A DNA stretch of 63,964 nt, the filler included, from Corallochytrium limacisporum Hawaii (lineage: Eukaryota > Protista > Pluriformea), in assembly GCA_002811645.1 (NCBI GenBank). It is 7 parts of 7 records of this genome, joined end to end, with 100 filler letters (N's around TTAATTAATTAA, not from the genome) between each part and the next. Parts side by side here need not be neighbours in the genome. Positions count along the whole stretch, not along the records: positions 1 to 19,629 come from PDIP01000113.1; positions 19,730 to 37,827 come from PDIP01000030.1; 5 more parts are not named here. One strand, written 5' to 3'. Made by a program: the position numbers and the translations under genes. Positions 10,072 to 21,711 of the stretch are shown here, piece after piece. The notes beneath the pieces were generated by a model that made no database searches, was not told the origin of the DNA, and was given only the letters and a program-made list of their open reading frames with translations. The stretch's first letter is position 1. Each line of letters begins with the position of its first letter.

Positions 10072-11115
10072 TTAGTTCTTCAGAACAATGCGGTAGCGCA
10101 CATCACCAGAGCGGAATTTCTCCAAAGCATCATTGACCTTGTCCATGGGCATGTCCTCGTGCCAAATCTTGATGTTCTTCTTGCTGGCAAACTCAAGCAT
10201 CTCCTCGATGTCGGCAGTGGACCCGACCAAAGAGCCACCAATAGTCAGACGGTTAAGGATGACAGTCTTGGGCAGGTGGATGGGCGTCTCTGGCAGACCC
10301 AGCGACACAAGAGTACCGTCGACATCCAACAGAGTGGTGTAGGGCGCCAGGTCCAGGCCGTCCGGGTTCGCAGTGCAGAAAATGAGATCGAAGGTCTGAG
10401 CATGCTTCTTCATCTGAGCCTTGTCGCTGGAGTTCAGAAAGTCAGTGGCACCAAGCTTCATTGCGTCCTCCTTTTTGCGGTCAGAGTGAGAGATGGCCAC
10501 CACCTCCTTGTCCTCTCCAAAAGCCCGTGCGAACTGCAAACCGACGTGTCCAAGACCACCAATGCCAATTATACCGATTTTCTTGGCAGTCTCGATGCCG
10601 TAGTGCTTCATAGGACTGTACAAGGTGACACCGGCGCATAGGAGCGAACAGCCCTCCTCATTGGTGATGTTTTCAGGCATCTTGAACGCGTTCGTGGCAG
10701 GCACAATGATCTGGTCTTGATAGCCACCGTAGGTTGGCTTTCCCCGACGCTGGTCGTTGTAGGTGAACACGCGCTTGGGACAGTAGGCGTCGCGGCCAGA
10801 AGCGCAGTACTTGCAGCTTTTCTCGAAGCAGGCGTCAAGCATGCACCCAACACCGACGCGGTCACCAACATTGAACTTGGTGACCTGAGATCCGATGGAG
10901 GTCACGGTACCCGCAATTTCATGACCGACAATGACGGGATAGTTTGTGGGACCCCAACCGGAGTCAATGGTGTGAACATCAGAACCGCAGATGCCACAGC
11001 AGTCGATCTGGATCTCGATCTCGTCTTCATCCAAAGATTTGGGTTCGTACTCATACTCATGCAGAGGCTCATCTTTGCTGAAAGCAGCCCATCCCTTAAA
11101 AGTTCGTTTACCCAT
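10072..11115 (-). CDS. Zn-binding NADP-dependent alcohol dehydrogenase (cinnamyl-ADH/ADH6/YahK-like MDR family)
   Basis: CGICGSD, GHEIAG, GDRVGVG, structural Zn cysteines, LLCAGVT, GIGGLGHVG, C-terminal GDVRYRIVL. Confidence 0.95.
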   Translation of the reverse strand: MGKRTFKGWAAFSKDEPLHEYEYEPKSLDEDEIEIQIDCCGICGSDVHTIDSGWGPTNYPVIVGHEIAGTVTSIGSQVTKFNVGDRVGVGCMLDACFEKSCKYCASGRDAYCPKRVFTYNDQRRGKPTYGGYQDQIIVPATNAFKMPENITNEEGCSLLCAGVTLYSPMKHYGIETAKKIGIIGIGGLGHVGLQFARAFGEDKEVVAISHSDRKKEDAMKLGATDFLNSSDKAQMKKHAQTFDLIFCTANPDGLDLAPYTTLLDVDGTLVSLGLPETPIHLPKTVILNRLTIGGSLVGSTADIEEMLEFASKKNIKIWHEDMPMDKVNDALEKFRSGDVRYRIVLKN

Positions 11116-12640
11116 GGTTGCTTGTGATTCACTTCTGTGCTTGAGTTGCTGCTTTCCTACTTAGGAATCTATGCGGTATGCAAGTTCTCCATCACTACAC
11201 ATTTGGATAGTCCTGCGGTCTTAAATAGCTGCGTATGCTTAAACCGAGAGAGCATCTCAGCACCGTCATGCCACTAATTCAATTCCTTTTCATTCAGCTG
11301 CAAAACACCCTGGAACATTCTTCAAAGATGCACAGTAGCACACGGGCCGCAATCGTCCGATCGCCTTCCCCCCCCCCTCCCTTCTCCCCCGGCCTCCGGG
11401 TTCGGGACCCCGTGGAGCCAGCGACCCAATCCACAGATTGAGGAGCGACGGACTGTGGGGTGGGGGCTGGAACAAACCTTCAGAGTCAGACACATGACAC
11501 ACAGAGAAAGATTGCATGCGACTCGACATTTGGAGGACACTCGGCAGCGACGACCCTTCTGAGCAATCAAAGAGTGATGCAAACATAGGGTAGCCAGAAG
11601 AACCCAGGCTAGTGCGATGCGCACGGAGTTGAATTACAAAAGTCCGACGACTGTCCAACAAGGGGAGCTCGATGGCTTGGCACAGCTGGCCACGCGGACA
11701 CGTCGCTTCCCGTACCGCATCTCCCAGGTGAAGAGACAGGGAGACAGGACAGTGCTGTGTAATATGGAAGGGAGAGTAGATTGCGAGTGCGTGTCTCGTC
11801 ACGAGATTATAACGAAAAAAGGTAATCTGTTGGTTCAATTTTTTGCGCGGACAAAAAAATGTTCCGAGAAGTTTTTCTTTAAATGTTTCCCCTCACGACA
11901 TACAAACAGAGGTTTCAGTCGAGGATGTGATGTCATGCCTGACGGGCGAACAAAGACTTGCAGTGGGAGCAACCAATTGGCTAGAAAGTCGTTGCCGCAA
12001 AGCAATGGTAGCACACTCGCCACACAAGGGTAAATTCACGGACGAGGCAGGAGCACAAGGAGCATGATCGTCAGCTGGTGCCAAGGCAGATGGACAAAAT
12101 GCCACACGTTCATCGTCTGAACCGATTTCGACGATTCCCATTTGAAATGAAGGAACGGATCAGCGCAATGGGCTGACGAGAAATGGGACCATTTGCTGGG
12201 GTTTCCGTGTATTTGACTTAGGGGTAGGCCTTGTGAGAACCTAACCCCCCCCCCAACTTCCCCCGTGCGGTGTCCCAGTAAAGATGAAGAAAAAATACCA
12301 AAGACTCACTGAGTTCTTACCCCGAAAATGTGGCTTTGGTGGGCCTTTCTCATCCCTCCTTGTATGTCCTGTGCAGTACCGTCCCGCCGTGCTTTGGCAC
12401 CCAACTCGCGCGCGCGCAAAGAGCAAGGTGAAACAAAGAAAATAAGGCAAAAAAAAAAAAAAATCTTGTGGGGGGCATCCGGGGACTCGCTCTGCCGCGG
12501 CAAGTCTTGCGATTGATATCTCCCCTTTCATCTTTGGGGTCCATCGGGTTTCGTCAATGACAAATCAGGTCCAGGATCAATCGCTTATTCCTTGAGGGCT
12601 GGACGTTGTATCTATTGTATGTAGGTTGGAGTGAAATTTC

Positions 12641-14653
12641 TCATGGCACTGACTGTTTGAGGATACGGGACCCCTTGTAGGCGGAGAGATCTAGGCGTTG
12701 GTAGGCGGTGATGGAGTCGAGGAACCATTCAATGCTCACCACTTGGACCTGGTAGGTGGCAGGCCCTCGGACTGGCCTTGTACGCTTCAGGATCATACGA
12801 TCTGATGTGTTGGCATCGTCAATATAGTATACTAGAGCGTGCTTGATCGGATTGAGGCCAGTCAATTTGTGTTCCCCACCCGCCTCTTCAATTAGTAACT
12901 GGAGATCCGACACCTTAATGTCTCCATCGCCAATTTGGGGCCGGAAAAAGAAGAATTCGCCGCCAAAGAGGGGTTTTGGACGCACCCAATTGTTGTCAAG
13001 GTCATTGAACTCTCTGATGATGTTACTGGGACCGTCTTCGCAACCATCGACGCCCTTCATAACCAACGCAGCCCCCTCGGTGGTTTCGGGGAGCAGCTGT
13101 TGGGCGGACAATGATTCTTCAATCCATTTAAAGGACATTATCTTACAGCGTAGAGCAGCGCAGTGCAGGAATTTCCAAGTGCGCAGTGGCTCATTCATGA
13201 TCAGATGGCTGGTGTTTGGGTAGTCTGAGGACTCCACATCGGCGTTAACGTGGTCGGCGAACTTTCGTACTTTGACAGTTTGTTCATCAGTGAGACCGGA
13301 GCACATAAACACCAGATCATCCTGCTTGGTCCATGTCTTGCGGCGTCCGCCCAGTCGATGCCCAACGGCGCCGATGACCTGTGATCCAGTGTGGAGGTGA
13401 CTGATTGCATTGTGCAGCAAGCTCTTTTCATGAGGACTCGGTTGCGATTGTGAGGGAACCAATGATGCCTTCTGCGGCATGTCGTCTTTGCTCTTGACAG
13501 GACTGTTCTCATTGACCTCCTTGTTGTCGTCGTCGTTATTCACAGACTTGGCCCAGAAAGCAAACCATTGCTGACCCTGGGGCTTACCATTATCACTGAT
13601 TTCTGATGAATCCTCCTCACCATCACTTTCGTCCTCTTCCTCGCCGTCTTCCTCATCTTTGTCGTCATCCTTGTTGTTCTGCTTCTGTCCAGAGGTGATT
13701 TGAGACGGTTCAACGATCCCAAGATCTTCGGTTGGAGTGCTTAAGGGCTTAGGATCGCCTGTTACCGCCTTGTCCAGGTCTATGGTATTGGCTGTATCAT
13801 TCAGATTGGTGCCCTGGTCCATGGACGACGGCAGGCCCATCGGAGCGTAAGTGGGGTCGTTCGCATTGTCTAAATTCGCTGGCTTGGGTACGGAAGGATC
13901 AGGCAAAAGAGAATCGTCTTCTCCTGCATCGTCATCCACAACGGCGACTGGACTGTATGAGCCAAGGACCGTGCCACTCCTGCTAGCCTTGTCATCCTCC
14001 GGACTGTGGTCCGCCGCTGTGTGATAGGATTCTTCGCCAGAAATCATTCTGTCGGGAGTTGCTAGGCCCGTCCGTTTCTTGGAACCATTATTTGTGTTCT
14101 CTGTCTTGGGTGCGGGCCTTTTGTTCCTCGCTGTTGCCTTCCCGGGTGTCTTCTTCCCTGAGTCCTTCCTCGATGTCTTGACAGACCGGTTTTCAGATTT
14201 CTTTAGTGTGGACGGCCCGTCAGATGTCTCATTGAAACTGTAAATATCTTGCAGTGGGGTGCGATGCTGTGATGGTGTGCCCTGAGTTTGTGTAGGCAGG
14301 GGACCATCTTCACGAATGACAAGTTTGTCCTTGTCGATCGCAGACTGAATGTCCCGCAGGGCTTCAAAAATGGGCAGTTGCGGACCTGCTTCACGCAAAC
14401 TTCGTTTGGTTATTTTCTCACTGCAAATGGGACAGACTTGACGGTTTTGCAGTGCGTGGGATATGCATTCTTTACAGTAGAAGTGACCGCAGGGAGTCGA
14501 TACCGGCGTGCTCGGGACATCTGCCCAGCAAATGGCACACCGCACCATTGCCAGCAATTTGTGAATGGTCTTTTCCATGTCATCAATTTCTTGTGAGACC
14601 TGAGGGCTCTTGGCGACCTCCGTCTTGCGGGATCGTCTGGTTACCCGCGGCAT
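12641..14653 (-). CDS. BRCA1: BRCA1-like protein: N-terminal C3HC4 RING, disordered acidic linker, tandem BRCT (~670 aa)
   Basis: RING CAIC..PVSTPCGHFYCKEC..CPICSEKITKRSLRE parallels BRCA1 PVSTKCDH..CPLCKNDITKRSLQE. BRCT motifs SGL, RTWKF, MSFKWIEESL, VSIEWFLDSI. No ankyrin repeats, arguing against BARD1. First ATG 14653 (track start is TTG). Confidence 0.75.
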   Translation of the reverse strand: MPRVTRRSRKTEVAKSPQVSQEIDDMEKTIHKLLAMVRCAICWADVPSTPVSTPCGHFYCKECISHALQNRQVCPICSEKITKRSLREAGPQLPIFEALRDIQSAIDKDKLVIREDGPLPTQTQGTPSQHRTPLQDIYSFNETSDGPSTLKKSENRSVKTSRKDSGKKTPGKATARNKRPAPKTENTNNGSKKRTGLATPDRMISGEESYHTAADHSPEDDKASRSGTVLGSYSPVAVVDDDAGEDDSLLPDPSVPKPANLDNANDPTYAPMGLPSSMDQGTNLNDTANTIDLDKAVTGDPKPLSTPTEDLGIVEPSQITSGQKQNNKDDDKDEEDGEEEDESDGEEDSSEISDNGKPQGQQWFAFWAKSVNNDDDNKEVNENSPVKSKDDMPQKASLVPSQSQPSPHEKSLLHNAISHLHTGSQVIGAVGHRLGGRRKTWTKQDDLVFMCSGLTDEQTVKVRKFADHVNADVESSDYPNTSHLIMNEPLRTWKFLHCAALRCKIMSFKWIEESLSAQQLLPETTEGAALVMKGVDGCEDGPSNIIREFNDLDNNWVRPKPLFGGEFFFFRPQIGDGDIKVSDLQLLIEEAGGEHKLTGLNPIKHALVYYIDDANTSDRMILKRTRPVRGPATYQVQVVSIEWFLDSITAYQRLDLSAYKGSRILKQSVP

Positions 14654-16228
14654 GTTTCTAACGTTTTGGCTCGCAGCAAGATTCAGGGACCCCGCCAATG
14701 TTTCTCAGTTACATATTTGTTCGTCAAGTTCATCTTCTCGTCCATGATGTTCTCAACTAACTAGTAATGTAGACAAATTGCTGAGCCCACTATCTGTCCT
14801 GAAATAGCCCTTACATCCATCCGACGCGGTAAGCCTTTTGAGACCCTGAGCTCACGCGCCGCGTATGCATCCAAACCCGTGCGGTCTCAGGTGCCCCCCG
14901 CCGTTCACCCCATACACGCCTCTTGAACTTTTGGCGCGCAGCAGGCCTCCCGGCCTCCCCTGGGGCAAAAATGGTTCTTCGCAATGGACACCACACAGCC
15001 TACCAGTTTCTTGAGCTGAAAACTGAACCAAACACGCCGAGCCGTTTTAATCCGAATTATTACGGGGTCCGTTTTATGCCGCCCAGTGTCCCATCCCCCG
15101 GTCGTCCACTTTCGCTTGGGCATTTTGGGTTGCGTACTGCCAACGCCAATTCGGTTCCCATTGATCATCTATGTCCATCAGTTCGCGGTGCATTGAGCAT
15201 GAAATGGGACGCCCGTCGGTATAGTCACGTTGTGCACCATTGGTGTCACCTTTCAGTGTTCGCGTAGCTATTCCAGCCCATGATCAACGGATGGGACAGT
15301 ATCCAGCATCATGATGACACTCTGCGCATGATGATTGTATGAAGCAGACCAGGCACAAAAGAGCAACACACGCGCGCGCGTGGATGGGATACTGGGACGC
15401 TTCGGTGCAGGCAAGTGGGGGCGCGGCTGGTCACCCGAAAGTACGGCCGCTGCAGTAGAGAAGGCGGGATTGGCATGTTTGCTTCCTGGGGCTCAGTACT
15501 TTTCCTCACTGAAGGGAAGCGCAAAAATATAACAAAGGACTCGGGAGAAACAAGGGAAGGCCGGGGGGGGGGGCCGCCAAGGGATGGAGGAGGGAGGGAG
15601 GAGGAAAGGAGGAGGCCTTGAACAAGCCCCGGAGATCCACTTTCAAAACTGCCACCACTCTCGATTTCGTTTGGTGGTATGTTCAGTACGGAATGTGGTT
15701 TGCTGCAAATTTGGAAACCGAACAAAGAAAAAGAATTATCGAAGACGGGCAGGAGTTGCTGAGTTGGTCATTCAGTACCGAACACTCCTAAATCTTCCAA
15801 AATGCAGCCAATTGGGTGCGAGCTCTCAGGGAAGTGCGGGTGCTGCAGAAATCCGGGGTGGGAAGGGCAGGAGAGGGGGCCGTTTTGGCGCCTCATTCAG
15901 TACTAAAAGTACCATATCTTTCCATCGACCCCGTTCGGACGTTATTTCAGTCCGAAATTCAAAAAGCAAAACTCGCTCCCCACACACGCTCTCTCCCCGA
16001 GCGGGAGTGCGTGTCTCTGACTTTTTCCTTTTTTTTTTCTTTCCCACTTTTTTTTTATCTTTATCCATTTGGGAGCCGCTCGCTAAGTAACGGACGGGCC
16101 GTGCTGGCTGGCCGCTACTACTGCTGCCAACGGCCAAGAAACACACATATACACACGCACTCGCACAGCACACACACACGCACAACGACACATAAGAATC
16201 ACGCACCCCACGGCCCCACTTTGCGGGT

Positions 16229-16272
16229 CACACACACACACACACACACACACACGCCTGGGAGGAAAACAC

Positions 16273-16358
<86 letters not shown>
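16229..16358. repeat. Compound microsatellite (CA)n ... (GA)n
   Basis: (CA)~13 at 16229-16255 and (GA)~40 at 16277-16358. Confidence 0.95.
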
Positions 16359-16362
<4 letters not shown>

Positions 16363-16432
16363 GGCGGGGTGTCTGTGTCAACCCGGCAGCCCCAGTGTGC
16401 ACCAAATTGACCGCCCCGTAAGGGAGGGTGGG

Positions 16433-17140
16433 NNNNNNNNNNNNNNNNNNNNNNNNNNNNNNNNNNNNNNNNNNNNNNNNNNNNNNNNNNNNNNNNNNNN
16501 NNNNNNNNNNNNNNNNNNNNNNNNNNNNNNNNNNNNNNNNNNNNNNNNNNNNNNNNNNNNNNNNNNNNNNNNNNNNNNNNNNNNNNNNNNNNNNNNNNNN
16601 NNNNNNNNNNNNNNNNNNNNNNNNNNNNNNNNNNNNNNNNNNNNNNNNNNNNNNNNNNNNNNNNNNNNNNNNNNNNNNNNNNNNNNNNNNNNNNNNNNNN
16701 NNNNNNNNNNNNNNNNNNNNNNNNNNNNNNNNNNNNNNNNNNNNNNNNNNNNNNNNNNNNNNNNNNNNNNNNNNNNNNNNNNNNNNNNNNNNNNNNNNNN
16801 NNNNNNNNNNNNNNNNNNNNNNNNNNNNNNNNNNNNNNNNNNNNNNNNNNNNNNNNNNNNNNNNNNNNNNNNNNNNNNNNNNNNNNNNNNNNNNNNNNNN
16901 NNNNNNNNNNNNNNNNNNNNNNNNNNNNNNNNNNNNNNNNNNNNNNNNNNNNNNNNNNNNNNNNNNNNNNNNNNNNNNNNNNNNNNNNNNNNNNNNNNNN
17001 NNNNNNNNNNNNNNNNNNNNNNNNNNNNNNNNNNNNNNNNNNNNNNNNNNNNNNNNNNNNNNNNNNNNNNNNNNNNNNNNNNNNNNNNNNNNNNNNNNNN
17101 NNNNNNNNNNNNNNNNNNNNNNNNNNNNNNNNNNNNNNNN
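16433..17140. other. Assembly gap (708 N)
   Basis: N run flanked by G tracts. Confidence 0.99.
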
Positions 17141-19629
17141 GGGGGAGGAGAGACGGGAGGCGGCGGGGGAGCAGGGGAGGGGAGGCCGAAGTTAGCTCTC
17201 AAGAGCCAAAGGAGGGAAGTAAGCTTGTCCCGTAATCGTCTCCAACACCAAGTAAAACCAAAACCCACGTAGAGTTGGCTTATGCCAAAAAGGGTCATGT
17301 AAAAAGTACCGAGAGAGCTGTGTGTCCATGAGCGGCGGGCATCAGCAAACCCTCCCCTTTTCCGCCCTTTGCAGAAATCCAAGATGCCAGCTCTCCGCAA
17401 TTTTTCCAAGCTAGCACCCTCTCCGCTTTCGCTTCCGTTTTTCCGTGCTTGAATATCATTATTTTCCCCTTCCTTGTGCGTTATTTTAAGTACTAAACGT
17501 ACCATGAGAAATTGATTTCTCGCAACCGTACTTCCCCACCCCAAGGGGGGAGGGGGAAGTGTGAGGGTACATGTCTCGTAGCGATGGGACGAAGCAACCC
17601 CCCCCCCGGCCGCCGTCCCGGGGCCCTCTATCCTCCCCTTGCCCCCCCCGGGGGGACAGTCTGGTGTTAGCGAACAAAGGGAAGGGGCCCAATGCAAGGG
17701 GTGCGCAGATAAAGGACGGATAGAGAGAGAGCGAGAGAGACGGCAGACGCAATGAAAACTAAAAAAAAAAAATGAAAAAAAAGGACGGACATGGACGCAA
17801 ACGCGGAGGCCGTGATATCGGAACACTGGACCCAGGGAGAACGAAGGACCAAAAAAAGGAACCATAACAGAAAAAAAGAAAAAGAAAAGAGAACAGGAGA
17901 ACTTGCCTATCAAACACAGGGGAGACCTGATCACCAAAACGGAGCGGCGCAAGGCGACAAGCATGAGTATGGTGGTACAAACACACCGTTTATCATCCTA
18001 CTTTGGTTAGTTGGTTGGTTGGTTGGGGGCCAACCGCGTCTGGAGGCTTTTGACCTTTGGTCACTTTACGCCTGGATCGCGACCTCTTTCGTTGCTTGGC
18101 GGCCCGCGGCGCTGGGTCCGTTTCGTCGCACGGAAAAAACAATAAGGAGAGAGAAACGTAAGCTCCGAGCCGGGGAGACGGAAGGCCGGGGCGTCTTGAA
18201 TTCTGCAGTACTTAATGGACCGTTACTTTTGCTCCGAAAAAAACTGTTCCTCAGACGATAACGGAAGAGAAAGGACCGGAAGATGGCCCATGGACAAACC
18301 GCCCAAGGATGATTTAGGGAGGGCGAGTGTGTGTGTGCAGGGGTATATACGGCAAGTGCCCCTTTGCTTTGGCTGGCAATTTTCTCATAGATTTTGAAAT
18401 ATGGTACTCAGGCAGCACTCGTCTGTGTTGGCAAATCATCATTTTTATGTGAATTTCATGGGGTTACTAGCAGTGTGTTCAATATGGAAAGTGGCTAACC
18501 GGTGAATTGCTTATTCCTTAGCCTTGGGCGAATGAAATACCGCGGAATTGTTCTGCCCCTCACAAGCACAATTTCCCGCATAGCATGATAAAATGACAAC
18601 CCGTCTCACAATTATCAAATGACGTACCAAAACCATTGCATAGTTTGTACTTGCGCAGTTTGGTAGTAAACTACAAGACCTATGAAATCCTGACTGTCAT
18701 GAGAACCCGATCTCTGATTGGCGTACGAAGACTGGAGCGAACACGCACACCCGCACGCGGTCCCGGGCGGTAGCCCACCGCCGTATTATCTCTCCTCTCC
18801 CAAGCTTGGGAATGAGCGACGAAGGAGGAGAAGGAGAGCAAGGGCGGGCGTGCGATGTTTTGGTCGTGTCAGATTGAGTTGGTGTGTGTGTGTGTGGTAT
18901 ATATGCCCCATCGATCGGACTCACCAATTTCAGATAACGAATAGGGAGTCTTACTTTCAGATTGATGATCGGTAAAAAGTAGATACTGTGCGTACGTATC
19001 CGGCAAAACGTTGAAGAAGAAAAACGATGGCGGGTGCTATTAAATCTCTCCTTTCTTAACATTTTTCCGTTTCTTTTAGTCGCACAAGTGTAACGCTCGT
19101 GCTCCTGTGTTGCGGGATATGATTTCTTTGGTGCGAAGTTGGCGGTTTCTGCTCTGTCTTCTGTACTTGTGTTTTTTTGTTCTATTTTGGGTCACTAATC
19201 TTTGCTCCCCTAAAATTCTCCGACCTTTCACCTGCGTACTGTTACTATTCGTCGAGCGATCGTCGTCGGAAACGCAATATTCCCCTACCTCCTCCCCATC
19301 CCCCACCTACCAATTACCCAACCAACCACTTAGTAAACGTGGAAAATGTGTCGCCAAAACAAAACTCATTATGAGCGGGAGGAGGTGGGTGAGAATCAGG
19401 ACACCCGGCGTTTCCCAATGGCCAGACTGCGCTCACGAAATAGTACACACTTTATACTCACAAACAAAGAGGTCCAAAGTCCCACCACCACCACCACCAC
19501 CACATCACGATCCTCCCCTCCTCCCATCGCGCTTCCCATGCCTGGAGAACTGTGACTTTTGGCACCAACTGGATACCGAACCACCACGTCTCCCACTCTC
19601 CTGGCTGTACCCACTCCCTCCCCTCCTCC

Positions 19630-19729
19630 NNNNNNNNNNNNNNNNNNNNNNNNNNNNNNNNNNNNNNNNNNNNTTAATTAATTAANNNNNNNNNNNNNNN
19701 NNNNNNNNNNNNNNNNNNNNNNNNNNNNN
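19630..19729. other. Artificial contig spacer N44-TTAATTAATTAA-N44 (also at 37828-37927, 47702-47801, 57574-57673, 58872-58971, 61162-61261)
   Basis: Identical 100-bp structure occurs six times; the 12-mer puts stops in all six frames. Confidence 0.97.
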
Positions 19730-19970
19730 TTTGTACGACTACGATGTGTTCAATGTCAAGCCAAAGTCAAAATAGTCCTTTTTTGAGAGTAGCAGGGACT
19801 CTTCGTTTGAATCAGCTATTGAAATATTTGTGCATGATTGTTAAAAAGAGCAAAATATAATGAAATAGAATACAATCAATATAAATTATTATACAATCAA
19901 GATTGAAAAAGATCCTCGGGAGTCAAGTTTTTCGGAGTTTTGACCCTGACATGCCAGACAGAGGGTGGTA
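19730..19970. mobile_element. End of a mariner/Stowaway-like DNA transposon, family B, copy 1 (241 bp)
   Basis: About 96% identical to 61262-61502. Homology stops just after GACAGAGGGTGG-TA (reverse complement TA-CCACCCTCTGTC, a Stowaway-like TIR with TA target). Confidence 0.75.
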
Positions 19971-20392
19971 CTGTGAATTTGGGAGAGGGATTTGCTGCAA
20001 TTATCGTGCCCTGTGGGTTTTTTTTTGCGAGGCAAGAGCAGGCCGGAGAACGAAAAAAGTGCCCCCAGTTGCCCGCCGAGGGTTTAAGTACCCACCTTTC
20101 GTTCGGAGCTTCTGGGTTTTGTTCGCTGGGTTTCGTCGTTGCCAATCTCCAACACAGCAACCCCCCCCGCGGGGGGCCATTGCTAAGCAGGAAATCTCAG
20201 GGGGAAAGATGGGAACGCTACACACAGCAAAATCGCGGAGAGATGAGGGTCTTGATGCAGAAAATCAATGGGTGTTGGTGGCCGAGGTAACCACAGGCCA
20301 GGTATGCAAGTGACTTTATCTTTATTTTCTCATAAGGTCATCAGTGGTTCATGCTATAGTTCCAATCGATGAAAGCAATCAGAGTCTGAAAT

Positions 20393-21479
20393 ATGTGGTT
20401 CACAACCTGTGTCCTGTTGGTCCGCTTCAGTAGCCGCAAGGGGTGTCAAAGTTCTCACTCCGGACAATTTCCATGAAGTAATATCGGATGACACCTGGAC
20501 ATTCGTTGAGTTTTATGCACCGTGGTGCGGTCATTGCAAGAAGCTCGGCCCCGAGTGGGAGTCCCTTGGAGATGTATACAGCACTCGGTCAAGTGAAGTG
20601 ACGATTGCCAAGGTGGATGCGGACGCTCATAAGGATCTGGGAGCAAAGTACGGAGTCAGAGGCTTCCCGACTTTGCTGCTCTTCGGTAAGAATGGTGAAG
20701 GAGAACCCGTCAAGTACCAAGGTGATCGCACAAAGGACTCTCTCGTTGACTGGGTGTTCCAGAAGACAGATGTGTCCCCAGGGGCCACTCCTGAGGACGC
20801 GGTTGTGGAGCTCAACCCGGAGAACTTTAACCTTGTTGCTTTGGATCCGGAGAAGGATGTCTTGGTTGAATTCTATGCTCCATGGTGCGGCCACTGCAAG
20901 GCTCTGGCTCCAACATACTCACAGGTCGCTGCGCTCTACGAAAACGACAATGGCTGTGTAGTAGCCAAAGTCAATGCGGACAAGTACCGTACAGTTGGAG
21001 CTCAGTACAGTGTCAAAGGATTTCCTACTCTAAAGTTCTTCCCCAAGGGATCAAGTGATCCTGCTCATGCACAGGAATACAATGGTCAAAGATCAATGGA
21101 AAGCCTCATCCACTTCCTTAACGAGAAATGTGGTCTGAAACGGGGTTTGTCCGGCGATCTGCACGAGGCAGCAGGTCGGTTCAGTGAGCTCGATAAGCTG
21201 GCAAAGGAATTCATGGACACCACGGAAGAAAGCATGAGGGAGTCTATCATTGAAAAGGCAACGGAGGCTGCCAAGCGCCTCGGTACGAGCAGTGACTTCT
21301 ATCATACTGCCATGTACAATGTCCTGAAGAGCGGCAGTCAGTGGATTGAGGATCAGCACGATAGGATGACAAAACTGCTAGAAAATAGAGGCAACGGCAT
21401 GAGCAAGGTCAGTCACGATGCCATGAAGATTCGCAGAAACGTCCTTCAGGCTTTCCGTGGTGCGGTCAATGACGAATGA
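20393..21479 (+). CDS. Protein disulfide isomerase, ERp38/P5-like (a-a'-ERp29c architecture); apparent +1 frameshift near 20423
   Basis: Two FYAPWCGHCK thioredoxin sites, GFPTL motifs, helical C-terminal D domain (AGRFSELD..RRNVLQAF). ATG 20393 (MWFTTCVLLV) is one base out of frame with ASVAARGVKVL. Confidence 0.9.
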
Positions 21480-21537
21480 GTTAGACCACAGACACATAAA
21501 TTTCTTTATCAATTCTTTATGCAATAATCGAAGAAGT

Positions 21538-21711
21538 CTAGATTCCTAAACGCCGATTTTTTTCGGCTTCTTTCTTGGCTTTCCGCTGATCGACATCCAT
21601 GGCCTCATCTACTAGTTCGCTGGCTTCTTTTTGCTGAGCCTCAATTTGCTCCATGAGTTCCTTGAGGTCTTTCTTGTCCACTTCTAGGCGAGTTGGTTTC
21701 AACTTCAACAT
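21538..21711 (-). CDS. CDC26: Anaphase-promoting complex subunit CDC26/APC12 (57 aa; not in ORF track)
   Basis: Manual translation MLKLKPTRLEVDKKDLKELMEQIEAQQKEASELVDEAMDVDQRKAKKEAEKNRRLGI*. N-terminus matches the CDC26 consensus MLRRKPTRLELKxxD; C-terminal RLG resembles the RIG motif. Confidence 0.8.
   Translation of the reverse strand: MLKLKPTRLEVDKKDLKELMEQIEAQQKEASELVDEAMDVDQRKAKKEAEKNRRLGI

Noticed and set aside
9618-11183. 13-bp inverted repeat (TTGCATACCGCAT) flanking the ADH gene
   Set aside because: Matches of this length are expected by chance in a window this size; no target duplication or TIR similarity.
16378-17964. Long ORFs spanning N gaps (528 aa, 291 aa, 293 aa at 8752-9633, etc.)
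   Set aside because: Open only because Ns hide stops; flanks are low-complexity.
19674-19685. Recurrent TTAATTAATTAA palindrome (six copies) as a biological motif
   Set aside because: Always centred in exactly 44+44 Ns; an artificial six-frame-stop spacer.
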